DNA of 63,968 nucleotides, the filler included, from Octopus bimaculoides (Eukaryota), in the NCBI RefSeq assembly GCF_001194135.2. It is 5 parts of 5 records of this genome, joined end to end, with 100 filler letters (N's around TTAATTAATTAA, not from the genome) between each part and the next. Parts side by side here need not be neighbours in the genome. Positions count along the whole stretch, not along the records: positions 1 to 31,700 come from NC_068987.1; 4 more parts are not named here. One strand, given 5' to 3'. A program made the translations under genes and the position numbers. The notes below the pieces were generated by a model. That model saw nothing but the letters and a program-made list of their open reading frames with translations. It was not told where the DNA came from and ran no database searches. This document shows positions 13,547 through 29,025 of this stretch, one piece after another (positions within the stretch are counted from its first letter, which is position 1; each line of letters begins with the position of its first letter).

Positions 13547-14413
13547 CATTTTATTATATATTTATAGTAATACATTTTATGTTATTTCCATATATATANN
13601 NNNNNNNNNNNNNNNNNNNNNNNNNNNNNNNNNNNNNNNNNNNNNNNNNNNNNNNNNNNNNNNNNNNNNNNNNNNNNNNNNNNNNNNNNNNNNNNNNNNN
13701 NNNNNNNNNNNNNNNNNNNNNNNNNNNNNNNNNNNNNNNNNNNNNNNNNNNNNNNNNNNNNNNNNNNNNNNNNNNNNNNNNNNNNNNNNNNNNNNNNNNN
13801 NNNNNNNNNNNNNNNNNNNNNNNNNNNNNNNNNNNNNNNNNNNNNNNNNNNNNNNNNNNNNNNNNNNNNNNNNNNNNNNNNNNNNNNNNNNNNNNNNNNN
13901 NNNNNNNNNNNNNNNNNNNNNNNNNNNNNNNNNNNNNNNNNNNNNNNNNNNNNNNNNNNNNNNNNNNNNNNNNNNNNNNNNNNNNNNNNNNNNNNNNNNN
14001 NNNNNNNNNNNNNNNNNNNNNNNNNNNNNNNNNNNNNNNNNNNNNNNNNNNNNNNNNNNNNNNNNNNNNNNNNNNNNNNNNNNNNNNNNNNNNNNNNNNN
14101 NNNNNNNNNNNNNNNNNNNNNNNNNNNNNNNNNNNNNNNNNNNNNNNNNNNNNNNNNNNNNNNNNNNNNNNNNNNNNNNNNNNNNNNNNNNNNNNNNNNN
14201 NNNNNNNNNNNNNNNNNNNNNNNNNNNNNNNNNNNNNNNNNNNNNNNNNNNNNNNNNNNNNNNNNNNNNNNNNNNNNNNNNNNNNNNNNNNNNNNNNNNN
14301 NNNNNNNNNNNNNNNNNNNNNNNNNNNNNNNNNNNNNNNNNNNNNNNNNNNNNNNNNNNNNNNNNNNNNNNNNNNNNNNNNNNNNNNNNNNNNNNNNNNN
14401 NNNNNNNNNNNNN

Positions 14414-14444
<31 letters not shown>

Positions 14445-14616
14445 AAATATATGTAAGTATGTATATATATGAGGCACCTATAAATGTTACTTTCTATAGT
14501 TTCAGTATTTACGTATTACATGTGGAAAATATATTGCTTTGTGTTGGCCACGTAAAACTGAGTAGCAATATGCTGTGCTTTTTCATTTAACATTATTATT
14601 AACTTCTTTACATAGA

Positions 14617-14827
14617 GGGCGAGCTGGTAAAATCGTCAGCACGCCGGCCGAAATGCTTCGCAGTATTTCATCTGCCGCTACATTCTGAGTTCGAAGTCGA
14701 CTTTGTCTTTCATCCGTTCGGGATCTATTAAATAAGTACCAGTTACACACTGGGGTCGATGTAACCATCTTAATCCCCAAGCTTCCCTTGTGATAAACAT
14801 TTGGAATCATTTTTAACATCTTTGCTG

Positions 14828-14859
<32 letters not shown>

Positions 14860-15975
14860 GCTAAGGGGACAAGCTGGCAGAGTCGTTAGCACGTCGGGTA
14901 AAATGCTTAGCGGCATTTAATATGCCTCTACCTCTGAGTTCGACTTAATATGCCTTTACGCCGAGGTCGACTTTGCCTATCATTCTTTCGGAGTCAATAA
15001 AATAAGTAGCAGTTGAACACTGGAGTCCATATGATCGACTTATCCCCACTCCGAAATTGCTGGCTTCGTGCCAAAATTTTAAAGTCGTCATTATCATCAT
15101 CATGATCATTATTATTATCATTACTATTATTATTATTATTATTAAAGTGGAGAGCTGGCAGAATCGTTAGTGCGTCGGATAAAATCCTCTTTGTATTCGG
15201 AACTCGAATCCCACCGAAGTCAACTTTATTTTTTTATGCTTTCAAAGTTGTTACAATAAAATACAAATCAAGTATTAAACTGGATGTAATCGGCTAACTC
15301 CAAATCCCTTTAAAATTGCTGGCCTTCTGCCAAAACTTGGAGCAATTATTATGATTCATTTTCTGGTTCTTGCTTTTTGCGTTCAGTGTTCATAACCCGC
15401 TAAGGTTAACCTTGCCATTCGTGTTTCCGTGGTAGACAAAAGAAAATACCAGCGAAGTACTGGGAATCGATTTTATCTTCCAATTCACTTCCTCTCAATA
15501 TTGTTAGTTTTGTAAGGCGGTAAGCTGGCAGAAACGTTAGCACGCCGGGCGAAATGCTTAGCGGTATTCTGTCCTGAATTCAACTTCCACCGAGGTCAAC
15601 TTTGCCTTTCATCCTTTCGGGGTCGATAAATTAAATACCATTTCCGTATTGGGATCGATCTAATCGACTGCACCACTCCACAAAAATTTCCTGCCTTGTG
15701 CCTGGAGTAGAAAAGAATATTTTTGGTTTTGTGCCTAAATCGGAAATCATTATTTCTCTAGTGTCAGGCGGCGAACTTTCAAAATCGTCAGCACCCCGAT
15801 AGAATGCTTAGCAGCATTTCGTCTGCCTTTATGTTCTGAGTTCAAATGATGCCGAGGGTGACTTTACATTTTATCCTTTTTAGATTGATGAAATAAGTAC
15901 CGATGGAACATTGGGGTCGAAATAACTGAATAGCTTCCCTCGTCATAATTTCAGGTCTTGTGCCGATAACGGAAA
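14617..15975 (+). mobile_element. Cluster of about six SINE family B copies
   Basis: Repeated GGCGAGCTGGCAGAA.CGTTAGCAC.CCGG.CGAAATGCTT...TTCATCCTTTCGGGGTCGATAAA..AAGTACCAG, all in the same orientation. Confidence 0.85.
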
Positions 15976-18900
15976 GTATTATTTATCCAGTGTTTTCTGA
16001 GCGATAGCTAGATACAGAGATATAGTCAGGCCAATGAGTGAAAAGGAGGTTTCACTTTTAAATGGAACCCAAACGACATTGATAAACTGTTAAAAATTAA
16101 GTGTTACTTGTTTTCAACAATGGCACAATGCCAGAATTGAACCAAATCCATTGCTTATTTTACCATCTATCACTCCATTGGCAATTTCTACCTTTGGCAC
16201 AAATTCACAAGTTTTCAGTCAGGAATGTGGTACGCATGACTAAGTCTGCTACAGTTCTTGGCTGATCTCTCTCTGATCGATACCGATTAACTAAAACACA
16301 AATTTGACCATCGTTAAGTTTGAATTCTGATTCTAGCGGGGCGTAACTCTATACGGCAAGTATAGGGTCTAAAGTGGGTCTATTTGGGTCTAAAGTGGAT
16401 CTACTCAGTGATCCACCGCTATCTAAGCCAATGTTATAACAGTAGAAAGTTGTTGTCGTTATCATTGTTTTTATTTTTGTTTACCTCAGACTCGGTTTGT
16501 TTGAGCTGACCTATAGCGGCCTGCCATTTATCAGAATAGACAATGAATCTTCAACTAGAAAACTATTTTCCAGGGTGCATGACTTGCTGTTATTGATGTT
16601 GTAGCAAATCCCTCTCTCTACATGTCTCCAGTGATGTTCAAAATAAAGGCAATTACCACCTAGTTGGTACAAGCAGTGTCACTGCAGGTTGGCTCAGAGC
16701 CCGATAATCTGGGGAAAAACGCAGTCAAACCATCTTGTCTTAACACACGAGATGTTCTGTAAATCCAACGCCTTAAACGATCTATAAACCAATATATTTC
16801 AACGATGAACATCATTTTTGTTTTCTATACTTAGGTCAATATTCTCCAACATATCCATTATTTTTTTAATTGAGAGCTTCATTTACTGGAGTCTGGCTGT
16901 TGTTTCTAGAGAGCGATCGACCGCAAAGACGTTCCTTCGTTGGAGTGTAAAAATTGTAATAATTTATTAATAGGTGCACGGCCCAAAATTTTATTGTAAA
17001 AGAACAGTTTATTTTAACGCATCTAGAACTTGAATGGTTGTCATTTGATCGAATCCCGCAAGATTGCAATTCAAAACTGACCTCGGCGGAATTTGGAACT
17101 CTATGTGATGCTAACTTATTTGTAGATGTGCATATGCCGATGCATGTATAAGCAAAAAAATAAGTAAATATGCAAACACGTGTAGTTAACATTATCAATA
17201 GAACACAGTTAACGTACGTGTGTTGTTCAAGCGCCAGAAGCAGTGGATTTTCGTCCTTTAAAATCTTTTTAAATACGTATAGTCTTGAAAACACAGAATA
17301 CTCTTCAGAGCTAAGCTAAACGAAATCACCCCGGAAATCATCACAAGTGCTCCAGATACCGTATTTCACCTTAATTGCAGCTTATCAATGCCGTATATCC
17401 GCGTCACTTCCTAAGCGTAATCAGAATCGCTAGTCTGAAGCATAAATAGAGATTGTGTAAACAATTTTCTGATTTACAATTAAATTAGATTAAATTCAGA
17501 TAATTCTATAGAAGCAATTCTATAACCTAAACATTCTCAAGCACAAATACAGAACGGTTGTGTATTGTTTAAACACCGGATGCTGCAGTTTCTCGTCTAG
17601 GGAAATTTCTTTAAAGTCATATAGTGTTATGAAACACAATATATCCCAGAACTAAGCGAAATGAAATCGCCTAGCAAGTGATCTTGAGAGCCGCAGATAT
17701 ATTTTAATTCTATGATTTTAAACCACACATATATATTAAGTATATGGTATTCATAGATTTTACATTAAAGAGAAACTTTTATTGCATAATCTGAACATGT
17801 AGTTCAATATATCTACAGATGTAACATACGAATAATCCTGTGACCTTATCTAGTAAAAAAAAAAAAGACTTATATGTTAATATATATTGATATATATTGA
17901 GATGAGTGACAACATAGTTGGTGTCCAAGGGAGATTATTCGATCATCTGTTTTCGGAAGCAAATATTTTTACGAAGACGAATTTTGAAGGAATTTTGATG
18001 TATATATTATATTTCGTCGAATAAAATGCAAAAGTTGATTAGAAAATATTGCATTTTGACCCTTGACAGATGACTTTGACATTCGCCGAGAATGATAAAA
18101 GAAAGTAGATAATAAATAATCAATAAAACTGAAAGAGCCTCAGGACTTCTTATCTAATGAATGTGATTGAAATGGCCAACCGTATTTGCCAGCTATGTTC
18201 AAATGTGCATACTTGCAACCAGTACACACTTACGCATACAGGTACACATGCGCGTACAATCGTCCACATACACATATACATGTGTGCGTGTGCGTTTTGT
18301 GTCTATATATATATACACATGTAAGCATGCATGTACGTATATAAACATGTATATATAAATGTATGCATATATATATACCCACATATACTCACAGATTTAC
18401 ATGTAGGTGTGTATTATACGTGTTGCTGCATTTTCATGAGCATAAACAAGTATCGACACATCATGCATATAGCATATACGTATTTAACAATTGCTTACGT
18501 GTTTATGAGGTATTTGCGAAATACATACGTACATATGAATATAGATGTTTTAGTGTATGTGTTTGTTTGTGCATATATGTGCGCGTGCATGCGGATGCTT
18601 ATAATTATGTTTGTAAAAGTAGTTTTACTTGGATGTTGCCTAGATTTCAGCGAAAACCAATCCATTTTTTATTCATGATTTATGGAGATAGGAAGCCAAG
18701 GGATTCGTGAATTTCTGTATGCCGTTATATAAATTTTAATGCATGTAGCGCAGATACAAGAAGCTTTTCTGCTAGAGAATGTGTGAATACATCATCAGCT
18801 TGAAATAAAATGTGACATGTTTGTTAAGCATACGAGAGCTAACAAAAATAATTTACTTCATTCAAAATATTTAACCGTTATGTTAAGATATAATTTAAGA

Positions 18901-20016
18901 AAAGTATCCATTGCTGGATAGATATTAAGCTAGCTTTATGAGACACGTCCTTCGGGCTTCTGTCAAGTAGACTCAGCAGCAAGCTCTCCTTTATATAAAG
19001 CTTTACAATTTACATAAAATATTTCACCTAATCCTATTTCACTAAAACTTAGTTGGATGTGAAAGGTTTGCAGACCAGGCTCAAAGAACGTGCCCGGCAT
19101 GATAGGAGCCAGTAGGATATTTTATGGTGACCACGGAGGTAGAGAAGTAGCGGGAAAGAAGCTGTGAATATGCTATGAGATCTCGTAGAAATAGCCGCGT
19201 CTGCTGTTCAAACATTTAAAGCTCAAAAAAGCTAAAACTAGAAACACAATACTTCAAGGAAATATTTCGCCTGATCATATTTCACTAAAATTGAGTTGGA
19301 TGGAAATGCTTTGCAAGCCGGTCTCTCTGAGCATGCCCGGCATCACAGGGGCCAGTTTGCTAACATGTTGACCACAGAGGTAGAAAGGTAGAGTCAAAGA
19401 GGCTGTGGATACGCTGTGAGATCCCGAAGAGGTAGTTGTAGCTGGAGTGGTGCTTAAAGGACAGAAACTGGAGCTTGATCAACATTGTCTTGATCGCTTG
19501 GTTTAGGGTGTCTAATCTTCAAACTTCTAAAACTCGAAACCCAGTGTTTCCGAGTAACATCTCCAAATGATATGTCCCGGTATATCACAGGGCGATGTAA
19601 GGAAAGGCGTTGACATATCTACAGTAAAACAAAATGAGATTCGGGTAAATGATAAATCTTTAATTTTATGAAATGATGAATATAAAAGGGTCACAGTATT
19701 TCGGGTGCATGCATGGCTGTGCGATTAAGAATTTTGTATTGCAACCACGTTATTTCGGTTTCAATCCACTGCGCGGCACTTTGCAAAAGCCCCATACCGA
19801 CTAATGCCTTGTGATTGACATACGAAAACCTGAGAAGGCAGTCCTAGATGGAAAGAAATACAGAGAGGGTGAGGGAGGGAGAGACGGAAAGAGGCAGAGA
19901 GAAACAGACAGACAGACAGACAGATAACTAGCTAGCTAGACAGACATACAGAGACAGACAGACAGAGACAGACAGACAGACAGACAGACAGAGACAGAGA
20001 CAGACAGACAGAGAGC

Positions 20017-20078
<62 letters not shown>

Positions 20079-20669
20079 TAGGTATACATACACACACACA
20101 CACACACACACAAGAACATATACACGCATATGCATTCGTGTCTATGTGTTTGCCCTCATCCCACTGCTTCACAACCGGTGTTGGTTTGTTTAGGTTCCCG
20201 TAACTTATCGATTTAGTGAAATGTCCGATTGAATAGATATCAAATCATAAAGGAAAAACGACCCGCGTTGATATGTTCGACAAATGCTTTAAGGCTGTAC
20301 TCAAGAATCACCGAAGTCTCCTAAAATGTCAGGCCTTGTGCCTCTAGAACAAAAAATCATGATTATTATTAAATTGTTAGATTAATTTTTAAGGCAGGAA
20401 ACNNNNNNNNNNNNNNNNNNNNNNNNNNNNNNNNNNNNNNNNNNNNNNNNNNNNNNNNNNNNNNNNNNNNNNNNNNNNNNNNNNNNNNNNNNNNNNNNNN
20501 NNNNNNNNNNNNNNNNNNNNNNNNNNNNNNNNNNNNNNNNNNNNNNNNNNNNNNNNNNNNNNNNNNNNNNNNNNNNNNNNNNNNNNNNNNNNNNNNNNNN
20601 NNNNNNNNNNNNNNNNNNNNNNNNNNNNNNNNNNNNNNNNNNNNNNNNNNNNNNNNNNNNNNNNNNNAT

Positions 20670-21050
20670 AACGAAATAGGTATTCCGCCCGTCGCTACGT
20701 TCTGAGTTCAAATTCCGCCGAGGTCGACTTTGCCTTTCATCCTTTCGGGGTCGATATATTAAGTACCAGTTACGCACTGGGGTCGATGTAATCCACTTAA
20801 TCCGTTCGTCTGTTCTTGTTTGTTCCCTCTATGTTTAGCCCCTTGTGGGCAATAACGAAATAGGTATTCCGCCCGTCGCTACGTTCTGAGTTCAAATTCC
20901 GCTGAGGTCGACTTTGCCTTTCATCCTTTCGGGGTCGATAAATTAAATACCAGTTATGCACTGGGTTCGATGTAATCGACTTAATCCCTTTGTCTATCCT
21001 TGTTTGTTCTCTCTATGTTTAGCCCCTTGTGGGTAATAAAGAAATAAGAA
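20670..21050 (+). mobile_element. Two tandem partial SINE family B copies
   Basis: Near-identical ~190-bp units next to a gap. Confidence 0.75.
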
Positions 21051-21837
21051 AGGTTTATTGTTATATAAATCAACGGGGTGGGGTGTTTTGAATGTCCTGT
21101 TCGTAGTTAAAAATATAATATTTATACCAGGTACAATATTAATCTCTTAAATACTTTTCAAACATAAATTTCGAAATTAAAATATCATCAGAACGCTGCT
21201 CATCTATGAGCAGAAGGAATACTGATACTATCCAATATAATTCCATTTTCTAAGCCCTCGTATACCTTGGTGATTTCGATAAGAAGTTAACGCAATGGGA
21301 CTCTATTCCATGCAAATATCAGAAAAGTCCTGGATGAGATAGAATAAGAACATAGATATTAAACCACTGCGCAAAACTAGATTGTCCAATTAAGTAATCT
21401 GCAGGATGTTCTTTGGCAAAATATGGTGATTATGAAGAGAGGCGTTTGTAAAACGGTATTCGGTGATAAGGAATGCTGGAAATTCTGTTGTGGAATATTT
21501 CTATGTTCAACTGGCCTCTACAGGCATATATAAATACATATGTGCATATATGCATGTGTGTGAGTGTGTATGTGTGTGTGTGTGTGTGTCCTTTCAGTTC
21601 GTTTATGGGAAACGTTTTGAATATGCATATAAAAGCTGCTATTTTATTGTGCCGGCTAAGGCTTAATGATACCAACTGTCAATAACAGTTTTTGCGGGTT
21701 GCAGCGAGTTGTGTCGATAAAATGTACGATAAATATACAAAATTACTACTAACAAAAAGCTTAATAATCCATGGTTGGAATTTGTGCGTAGAGATGCATT
21801 AAAATATTTACAAATACCATCCATGGATTATTATTAA

Positions 21838-21883
<46 letters not shown>

Positions 21884-21985
21884 CATCATCATTATTATTA
21901 ATACGATATATATTTACGTATATATTTATGTATGTATATATACATGTGTGTATGTGTATATATGTATATATATATATATATACGT

Positions 21986-22030
<45 letters not shown>

Positions 22031-22505
22031 CTCATACGTATATACAGATACATGCATATATATAAAAGAGATGAAGAAGAGAAAATGTATTGAACGACAT
22101 TCTTTACTTCACATCATAATTGTTTGCACACATCTCTTCAATCCATTTTCTCTTATTCATTTCTTTATCTAAACTCTACGGATACTATGGAATTCCAGAT
22201 GTATATCCAATGACAGGTGTATTGACATCCGGTAGCTAATTAATGTGGACAAGATTTGTATAACATACTGCAACGATTCTATCCAATATTATACTACTCA
22301 TGCACACACACGCACGCACATGCACACACACATATAATGTTTGTATTATGTATCTGTGTGTACAGACAAAGACAGATACACATAGACACACGCGCACAAA
22401 CACACATGCATATATGTTTGTACGTATGGACACACACACACACACATATACATATATAAATATATACACATATACATATATAAATATATATATACATATA
22501 TAATT

Positions 22506-22817
22506 TTTTTTTCAGTCATTTGACCGCGGCCATGCTGGAGCACCACCTTTAGTCGAACAAATCGACCCCAGGACTTATTCTATCGGTCTATTTTGCCGAA
22601 CCGCTAGGTTACGGGGACGTAAACACACCACCATCGGTTGTCAAGCGTTGGTGGGGAGACAAACACAGAAACAAACACACACACACATACATATATATAT
22701 ATACATATATACGACGAGCTTCTTTCAGTTTCCGTCTACCAAATCCACTCACAAGGCTTTGGTCGGCCCGAGGCTATACTAGTAGACACTTTCCCAAGGT
22801 GCCACGCAGTGGGACTG
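22506..22817 (-). mobile_element. SINE family A, cut by a gap
   Basis: Reverse complement of family A. Confidence 0.8.
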
Positions 22818-24432
22818 NNNNNNNNNNNNNNNNNNNNNNNNNNNNNNNNNNNNNNNNNNNNNNNNNNNNNNNNNNNNNNNNNNNNNNNNNNNNNNNNNNN
22901 NNNNNNNNNNNNNNNNNNNNNNNNNNNNNNNNNNNNNNNNNNNNNNNNNNNNNNNNNNNNNNNNNNNNNNNNNNNNNNNNNNNNNNNNNNNNNNNNNNNN
23001 NNNNNNNNNNNNNNNNNNNNNNNNNNNNNNNNNNNNNNNNNNNNNNNNNNNNNNNNNNNNNNNNNNNNNNNNNNNNNNNNNNNNNNNNNNNNNNNNNNNN
23101 NNNNNNNNNNNNNNNNNNNNNNNNNNNNNNNNNNNNNNNNNNNNNNNNNNNNNNNNNNNNNNNNNNNNNNNNNNNNNNNNNNNNNNNNNNNNNNNNNNNN
23201 NNNNNNNNNNNNNNNNNNNNNNNNNNNNNNNNNNNNNNNNNNNNNNNNNNNNNNNNNNNNNNNNNNNNNNNNNNNNNNNNNNNNNNNNNNNNNNNNNNNN
23301 NNNNNNNNNNNNNNNNNNNNNNNNNNATATATTTATCAGAGGGGCAATGGAGGGGATTAAAAATGTATTGTACAACAGATATATCATGTAATTTTTCGAA
23401 GGTATTTATGATCTAAAATGTTCTGCTTTTCTAATCGCCTAATTATTTCCAGTTAGTTTATTAGTGGTCCCTGCATTAAATACGTTAACACTAATTTAGC
23501 CATTGTTTCGTTTCTTATTAAAATGACGCCCTTGTTTAATTTATTCTCTGAACAACAATAAAATTCTCAATTATCTCTGACGCTAACATTGATGGAGCAA
23601 CTAGAAACGTATAAGGGAAGCTAGACGGAATTAGTTATGCTTAACGACTTTACGACATGCCATAAAGACAAGGTCGTACACCACAAGAAGCAAAACGGTA
23701 TTAATGTGACATTTATAGCTAGAATAAATAATATTCTGATAATAGACATCGCCGTTTGGAATTTATATGATAACCAATTATGTGTTCCACTTTCAAAGGC
23801 TTAGATATGAAATTCAGTTAGTCCAGAGACAGATAAAATTGAAAATAGTGAAGTTTAGTAATAGGCATAGTTAATGTGGTTACAATAATATAGGGTTATA
23901 TCAGAATTAAGGGATAGTTTTTTAATTAAATTTTGTTGCGATTTTTTTTAATTTTTGCTTTATTTTTTCTCTTCATCTAAACGATATTGCTGAGTAAATG
24001 CTTTTATCAACCATTGTCTCACAGTCCTGCTGTGGTTAAGAACTAGGAGTGAAGGAAAAAGATTTGGTTAGTATAGAACCCCTGTCCATTGAATATTAGC
24101 TACACAACAACTTTACTTGCTTATCGGTTACCCACGAATTTACGAAAATGTACCACTGCTACACGAAATGAAATTAGATTAAAGAATTACATTATTTGAC
24201 GACACTCGATTTTATAAAATAAATTCCACAAAAAAGAAATGAAAGAAAAGAAGAGATTAATTCTAGAAGATTTCTTAGTAACAAAATAGATACTAAAAAT
24301 CAGAACGCTGATATATCACACATGAAAGAACTCATGAAATATCCCAGAATCTTTAAAGAAATCAGTTACTGAAGATTTTATCAGTTTTAATGGTTTTTAT
24401 CCTATGCATACATGCAAAACTACACACATTGT

Positions 24433-24507
<75 letters not shown>

Positions 24508-26818
24508 CGCTCGCGCACATGTTTCAATGTAAGTTATTTTTCTGTATATATGTATTTTCAAAGAATTTGGTAACACTCTGTACAAGAAATAGAAAACCAA
24601 ACTTCTAGAAATTACTACCAATAAGTCACCCAGGAGATAAAGTGATTCAAATCTTCTGGTCGAAGAATTTAATTTCATGTTCTAGCCTCGAATAAATTAT
24701 AAATCTTTATATTTTTGTTTATTTATCTTATTTATTTATTTGTCTCATTCCGGTTCTTCATTCTGCGAAATTTATTTACTTTATTTTGGGAGGACGATAG
24801 ATAGTAAAGTCGACAGTAATAAATGTTAAAATAATTTAGATAGCTGAAAATATCTCCACTGAGTTTAAACACCAAATACTGTGTATAAAATGAACATCTA
24901 TAGATTAAATTCCTGGAAAGATATTTATTTTTAGATAGATATTACACCACGAAAATATATCTTAAAATAGTGGGCATCCTGCAAAGTATGATATATACTT
25001 TATTGATTAATCTAATTGAAAGTGAGATCGCAATGGCAGATTCGATATAGCATAAAAAAATAGGAGCCATAGCTGTCATTCGCGATCGCGTACGCTTTAG
25101 TAAAATGTACCATACTTGAGTTAATTGTCTTATGCGCCTACAAAATGACAAACAGATGCAGACGTCCTTCCCACACTTGAGCCAGTGGATTATAGAAAAG
25201 GTGACAACTGAACTCGACTGGCACTAATTTTCCGGCCGCGTAGATTAGAATAATGTGAAGTGAAATATTTTGCGCAAAAACACAGCGTAGCCTCGTTCCG
25301 GTGTCGAACCTATACACTTACAATTGAGAACTCAATAACCTAAAGACTATGCCACACGCCTTCACGATGCAAAACAAGCGTAAAGAGAAACATGGACAAC
25401 ACAGAAGGTTTGTTCATACTTCTCTTTACGCTTTTTCGTCTCTGCTTAACTCTGATCCAGTAAATGTATGATCGAAGGTATCCCATATGTGATCATCCTG
25501 TCTTTTAGGATGTATCTCTAGAACTGCATTGCAATTTGCAATCCATTATATAAGCCAAAAGACAGTGATTTGAAGGAGATTTTGGCTGCTATTTTTACCA
25601 GCTCAAGTAACCGAGTAAATTCTTCGCTGTTATCTCGCAAGTCAACTTTACTTAAAACTGCTGCAGTTACTAATATGGTTATTGTCGAGTAGTCCCATGC
25701 TAGAGATCTTTGTATGTCTGACCACTGTTCCTCTTTTCCTCTTTCCCCCAAACAGTTTCAATAAGACAATATTGCTAAGAATATTCTTTTTGGAAGATAG
25801 TAGGTTCTTACTTGCGAGATATTTGGCTGCTATATTTAGCAGCATTAGCAATCATGTAAGCAACCCTCTGTTGTTCAACGAACGGTGCATTTTGAATTAG
25901 TATATGTTTTAAATTGCGTTACCTAAACTTCAGAGATGGTGACACAGCTTCAGAATAATTCAAATATATCATTATTACATTTTTTTACGCCATACCTCCT
26001 TGCACCGTTTTTCTTTTCCGTAATCTCCTTTAATGAGGTAGTTTAGAGAACGAGAGAGGGAGAGAAGGGAGACAGAGGGAGAGTGAGAAAGGGAGACAGA
26101 CTGAAGGTGAGAAAGGGAGACAGAGAGAGGGAGAGAATGATAGGAAGTGTGAGTATGAGTGAATGAGAAAATGTGTTCGCATGATGGATTTGTCGTGTGA
26201 AGACGCGTGGCTTAGTGCTTAATGTGTTGCGTTCACGATCATAAATTCATGGTCTCAATTCTTAGACCGGTCGGTGAGTTCTGTCCCTGTTGCTCCACTC
26301 TGTTAGGCAAAAATGAGCCCCAGCTGAGTGATTGTAAAACTCTCCCTTCCCCCATCTATCATATTTGAACTGAGAATGTAGAGCATTCTATGACGTTTTA
26401 AAGATTCTAATAGATAGCCGCCCTCAGATTTCATAAATAATGTTTTTTAATTTAGACACAAGGTCAGAAATTTTTAGGGAAGTAGTTAAGCTGAGACTAT
26501 CAACAACAGTTCTTGACTGATAATTTATTTTATCAACTCTTGGAGATGCAGTGAATGGCAAAGTCGACAAGGGCAGGATTCGAACAAAGAAAGTAAAGCG
26601 ACGAAATTAATACTGCAGGACATTTTGCCACAATGCTCATTAATCTACGGTTAAAAGATCAACTGTATCTCAGTAGTTTCATTTTTTTCTTTTTTTAAAC
26701 TTGGTGTCTGTAAATGTCTCTTTTGTCTAAATGCTAAATTACGCGGACGTAAACGAAATAACACAGGTTATCAAGCGGTGTTATAAACAAAGAAGGGCAA
26801 ACACACATCTAAATTTGA

Positions 26819-26859
<41 letters not shown>

Positions 26860-26880
26860 GTATGTGTATGTATACATATA

Positions 26881-26964
<84 letters not shown>

Positions 26965-27017
26965 TATGTATATATGTACATATATATATATGTATATACA
27001 TACATATATATATGTGC

Positions 27018-27067
<50 letters not shown>

Positions 27068-28192
27068 ACAGGCTTCTACAGTTTCCGTCTACAAAATGGC
27101 AATGTTCTCGGCACGGGGTTATAACAGAAGATACTTCAACAAGAAACAGTGTTGTGGGATTGAACCCAAGACTGCGTGGTTATGAAGCGAACTTCTCAAC
27201 CACAAACTTATTCCTGCACCGATCCAATGCTTTGGGGCCGTTTTTCCACATGTAAAAATTATCTAAAACTAGTAAGACTAGTGTATTCCTACGTTTTTAA
27301 GAGAATAGCTTTTAGGTTTGAAGAATTCACTACTAATTTTAGTAAATCAAGAGACAGCGTTGACGTTACTCAAAGATTATTTTAAAAGGAATTTACAACA
27401 ACATTAATGCCTGCACCAGCTACAAAAACAACAACAACGTTCACCGAATCTAATTCCATTAAAAGATATTGGTATGGTTCTATGTGTGTACGTGTAAAAG
27501 AGAGGCGATACGAGAGATAAAGAGCGAAAGAGAAAGTGGGTGGGAGAGACAAAGAGAGAGAGACAAAGAGAGCGGAAGCGAGTATAACGATATTAACAAA
27601 TATTTTAAATCACTCTGTTCCAACAAATTCCCTATAAAATTGAATTTTGTTGACATAACTACAATTAGAGATTAAAGCGTGTGTAATATTTACGCACATA
27701 TATACATAACAATCAGTCAACGTTTATATATATATATATATNNNNNNNNNNNNNNNNNNNNNNNNNNNNNNNNNNNNNNNNNNNNNNNNNNNNNNNNNNN
27801 NNNNNNNNNNNNNNNNNNNNNNNNNNNNNNNNNNNNNNNNNNNNNNNNNNNNNNNNNNNNNNNNNNNNNNNNNNNNNNNNNNNNNNNNNNNNNNNNNNNN
27901 NNNNNNNNNNNNNNNNNNNNNNNNNNNNNNNNNNNNNNNNNNNNNNNNNNNNNNNNNNNNNNNNNNNNNNNNNNNNNNNNNNNNNNNNNNNNNNNNNNNN
28001 NNNNNNNNNNNNNNNNNNNNNNNNNNNNNNNNNNNNNNNNNNNNNNNNNNNNNNNNNNNNNNNNNNNNNNNNNNNNNNNNNNNNNNNNNNNNNNNNNNNN
28101 NNNNNNNNNNNNNNNNNNNNNNNNNNNNNNNNNNNNNNNNNNNNNNNNNNNNNNNNNNNNNNNNNNNNNNNNNNNNNNNNNNNNNNNNNNNN

Positions 28193-28240
<48 letters not shown>

Positions 28241-28933
28241 TATATTAATGTCTTTATCGATATTGCTATTGATATATTGATATGCATGTGCGTACTTATG
28301 TTTATTGGAGAATCGCAGTTTCAATGCACATGCATAGGCACACGCATCGATGTATGGATATGAATGTGTGAATATGTTGTGCGTGTGTGTGTGTGTGCAC
28401 GCGTGTGCGTGTATGTGTTTGCGTGGTTGTGTGCGTGTGTGTCTGTGTTTGAGTGTGGGTGTGTGCGCACGTTAATAATTGTGATTTCTTTTTCTGTTTG
28501 ATCTCAGATCTCGCCTTTCAAATTCTATATACATTAATTTAAACATATTGCTGTATGTGTTAGTATATGTGTGTGTGTCTGTGGGCGCGTATACACACAC
28601 ACATGCACACATATACAAGCATACATATGTGTATATTGTATTATATTATTTTATATTATAATGTATTGTATATCATATTATATCTCATGGTATTATATAT
28701 TGTTATTGATATATATACAAATATATATACAAACACACGCACACGCACACATACAAACATACACACACACACGCACACACGCACACACGCACACACACAC
28801 ACGCATAAGCACATAATTTAATTTGTCAGGGACCGATGCATTATACATTGCTTACCTAACTTTACCGTGAGTAAGGATTATTAAAAACATCATTACGTTA
28901 TATCGATTTTGAAAACACTTAATAACTCCATTC

Positions 28934-28934
<1 letters not shown>

Positions 28935-29023
<89 letters not shown>
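28935..29023. repeat. (AGT)n microsatellite
   Basis: Direct reading. Confidence 0.95.

Positions 29024-29025
<2 letters not shown>

Noticed and set aside
16866-17294. 142-aa minus-strand ORF
   Set aside because: No recognisable motif or splice signals, and it crosses a SINE B remnant.
25509-25900. GPCR-like words on the + strand (SLE/CIAICNPL, SNHVSNPLLF)
   Set aside because: They need several frameshifts, no TM5 is present and the TM3-TM7 distance is too short. The segment has an internal diverged duplication (25576 vs 25816) whose minus-strand AAATAGCAGCCAAA motif looks like a non-coding repeat. An HMM search would settle it.
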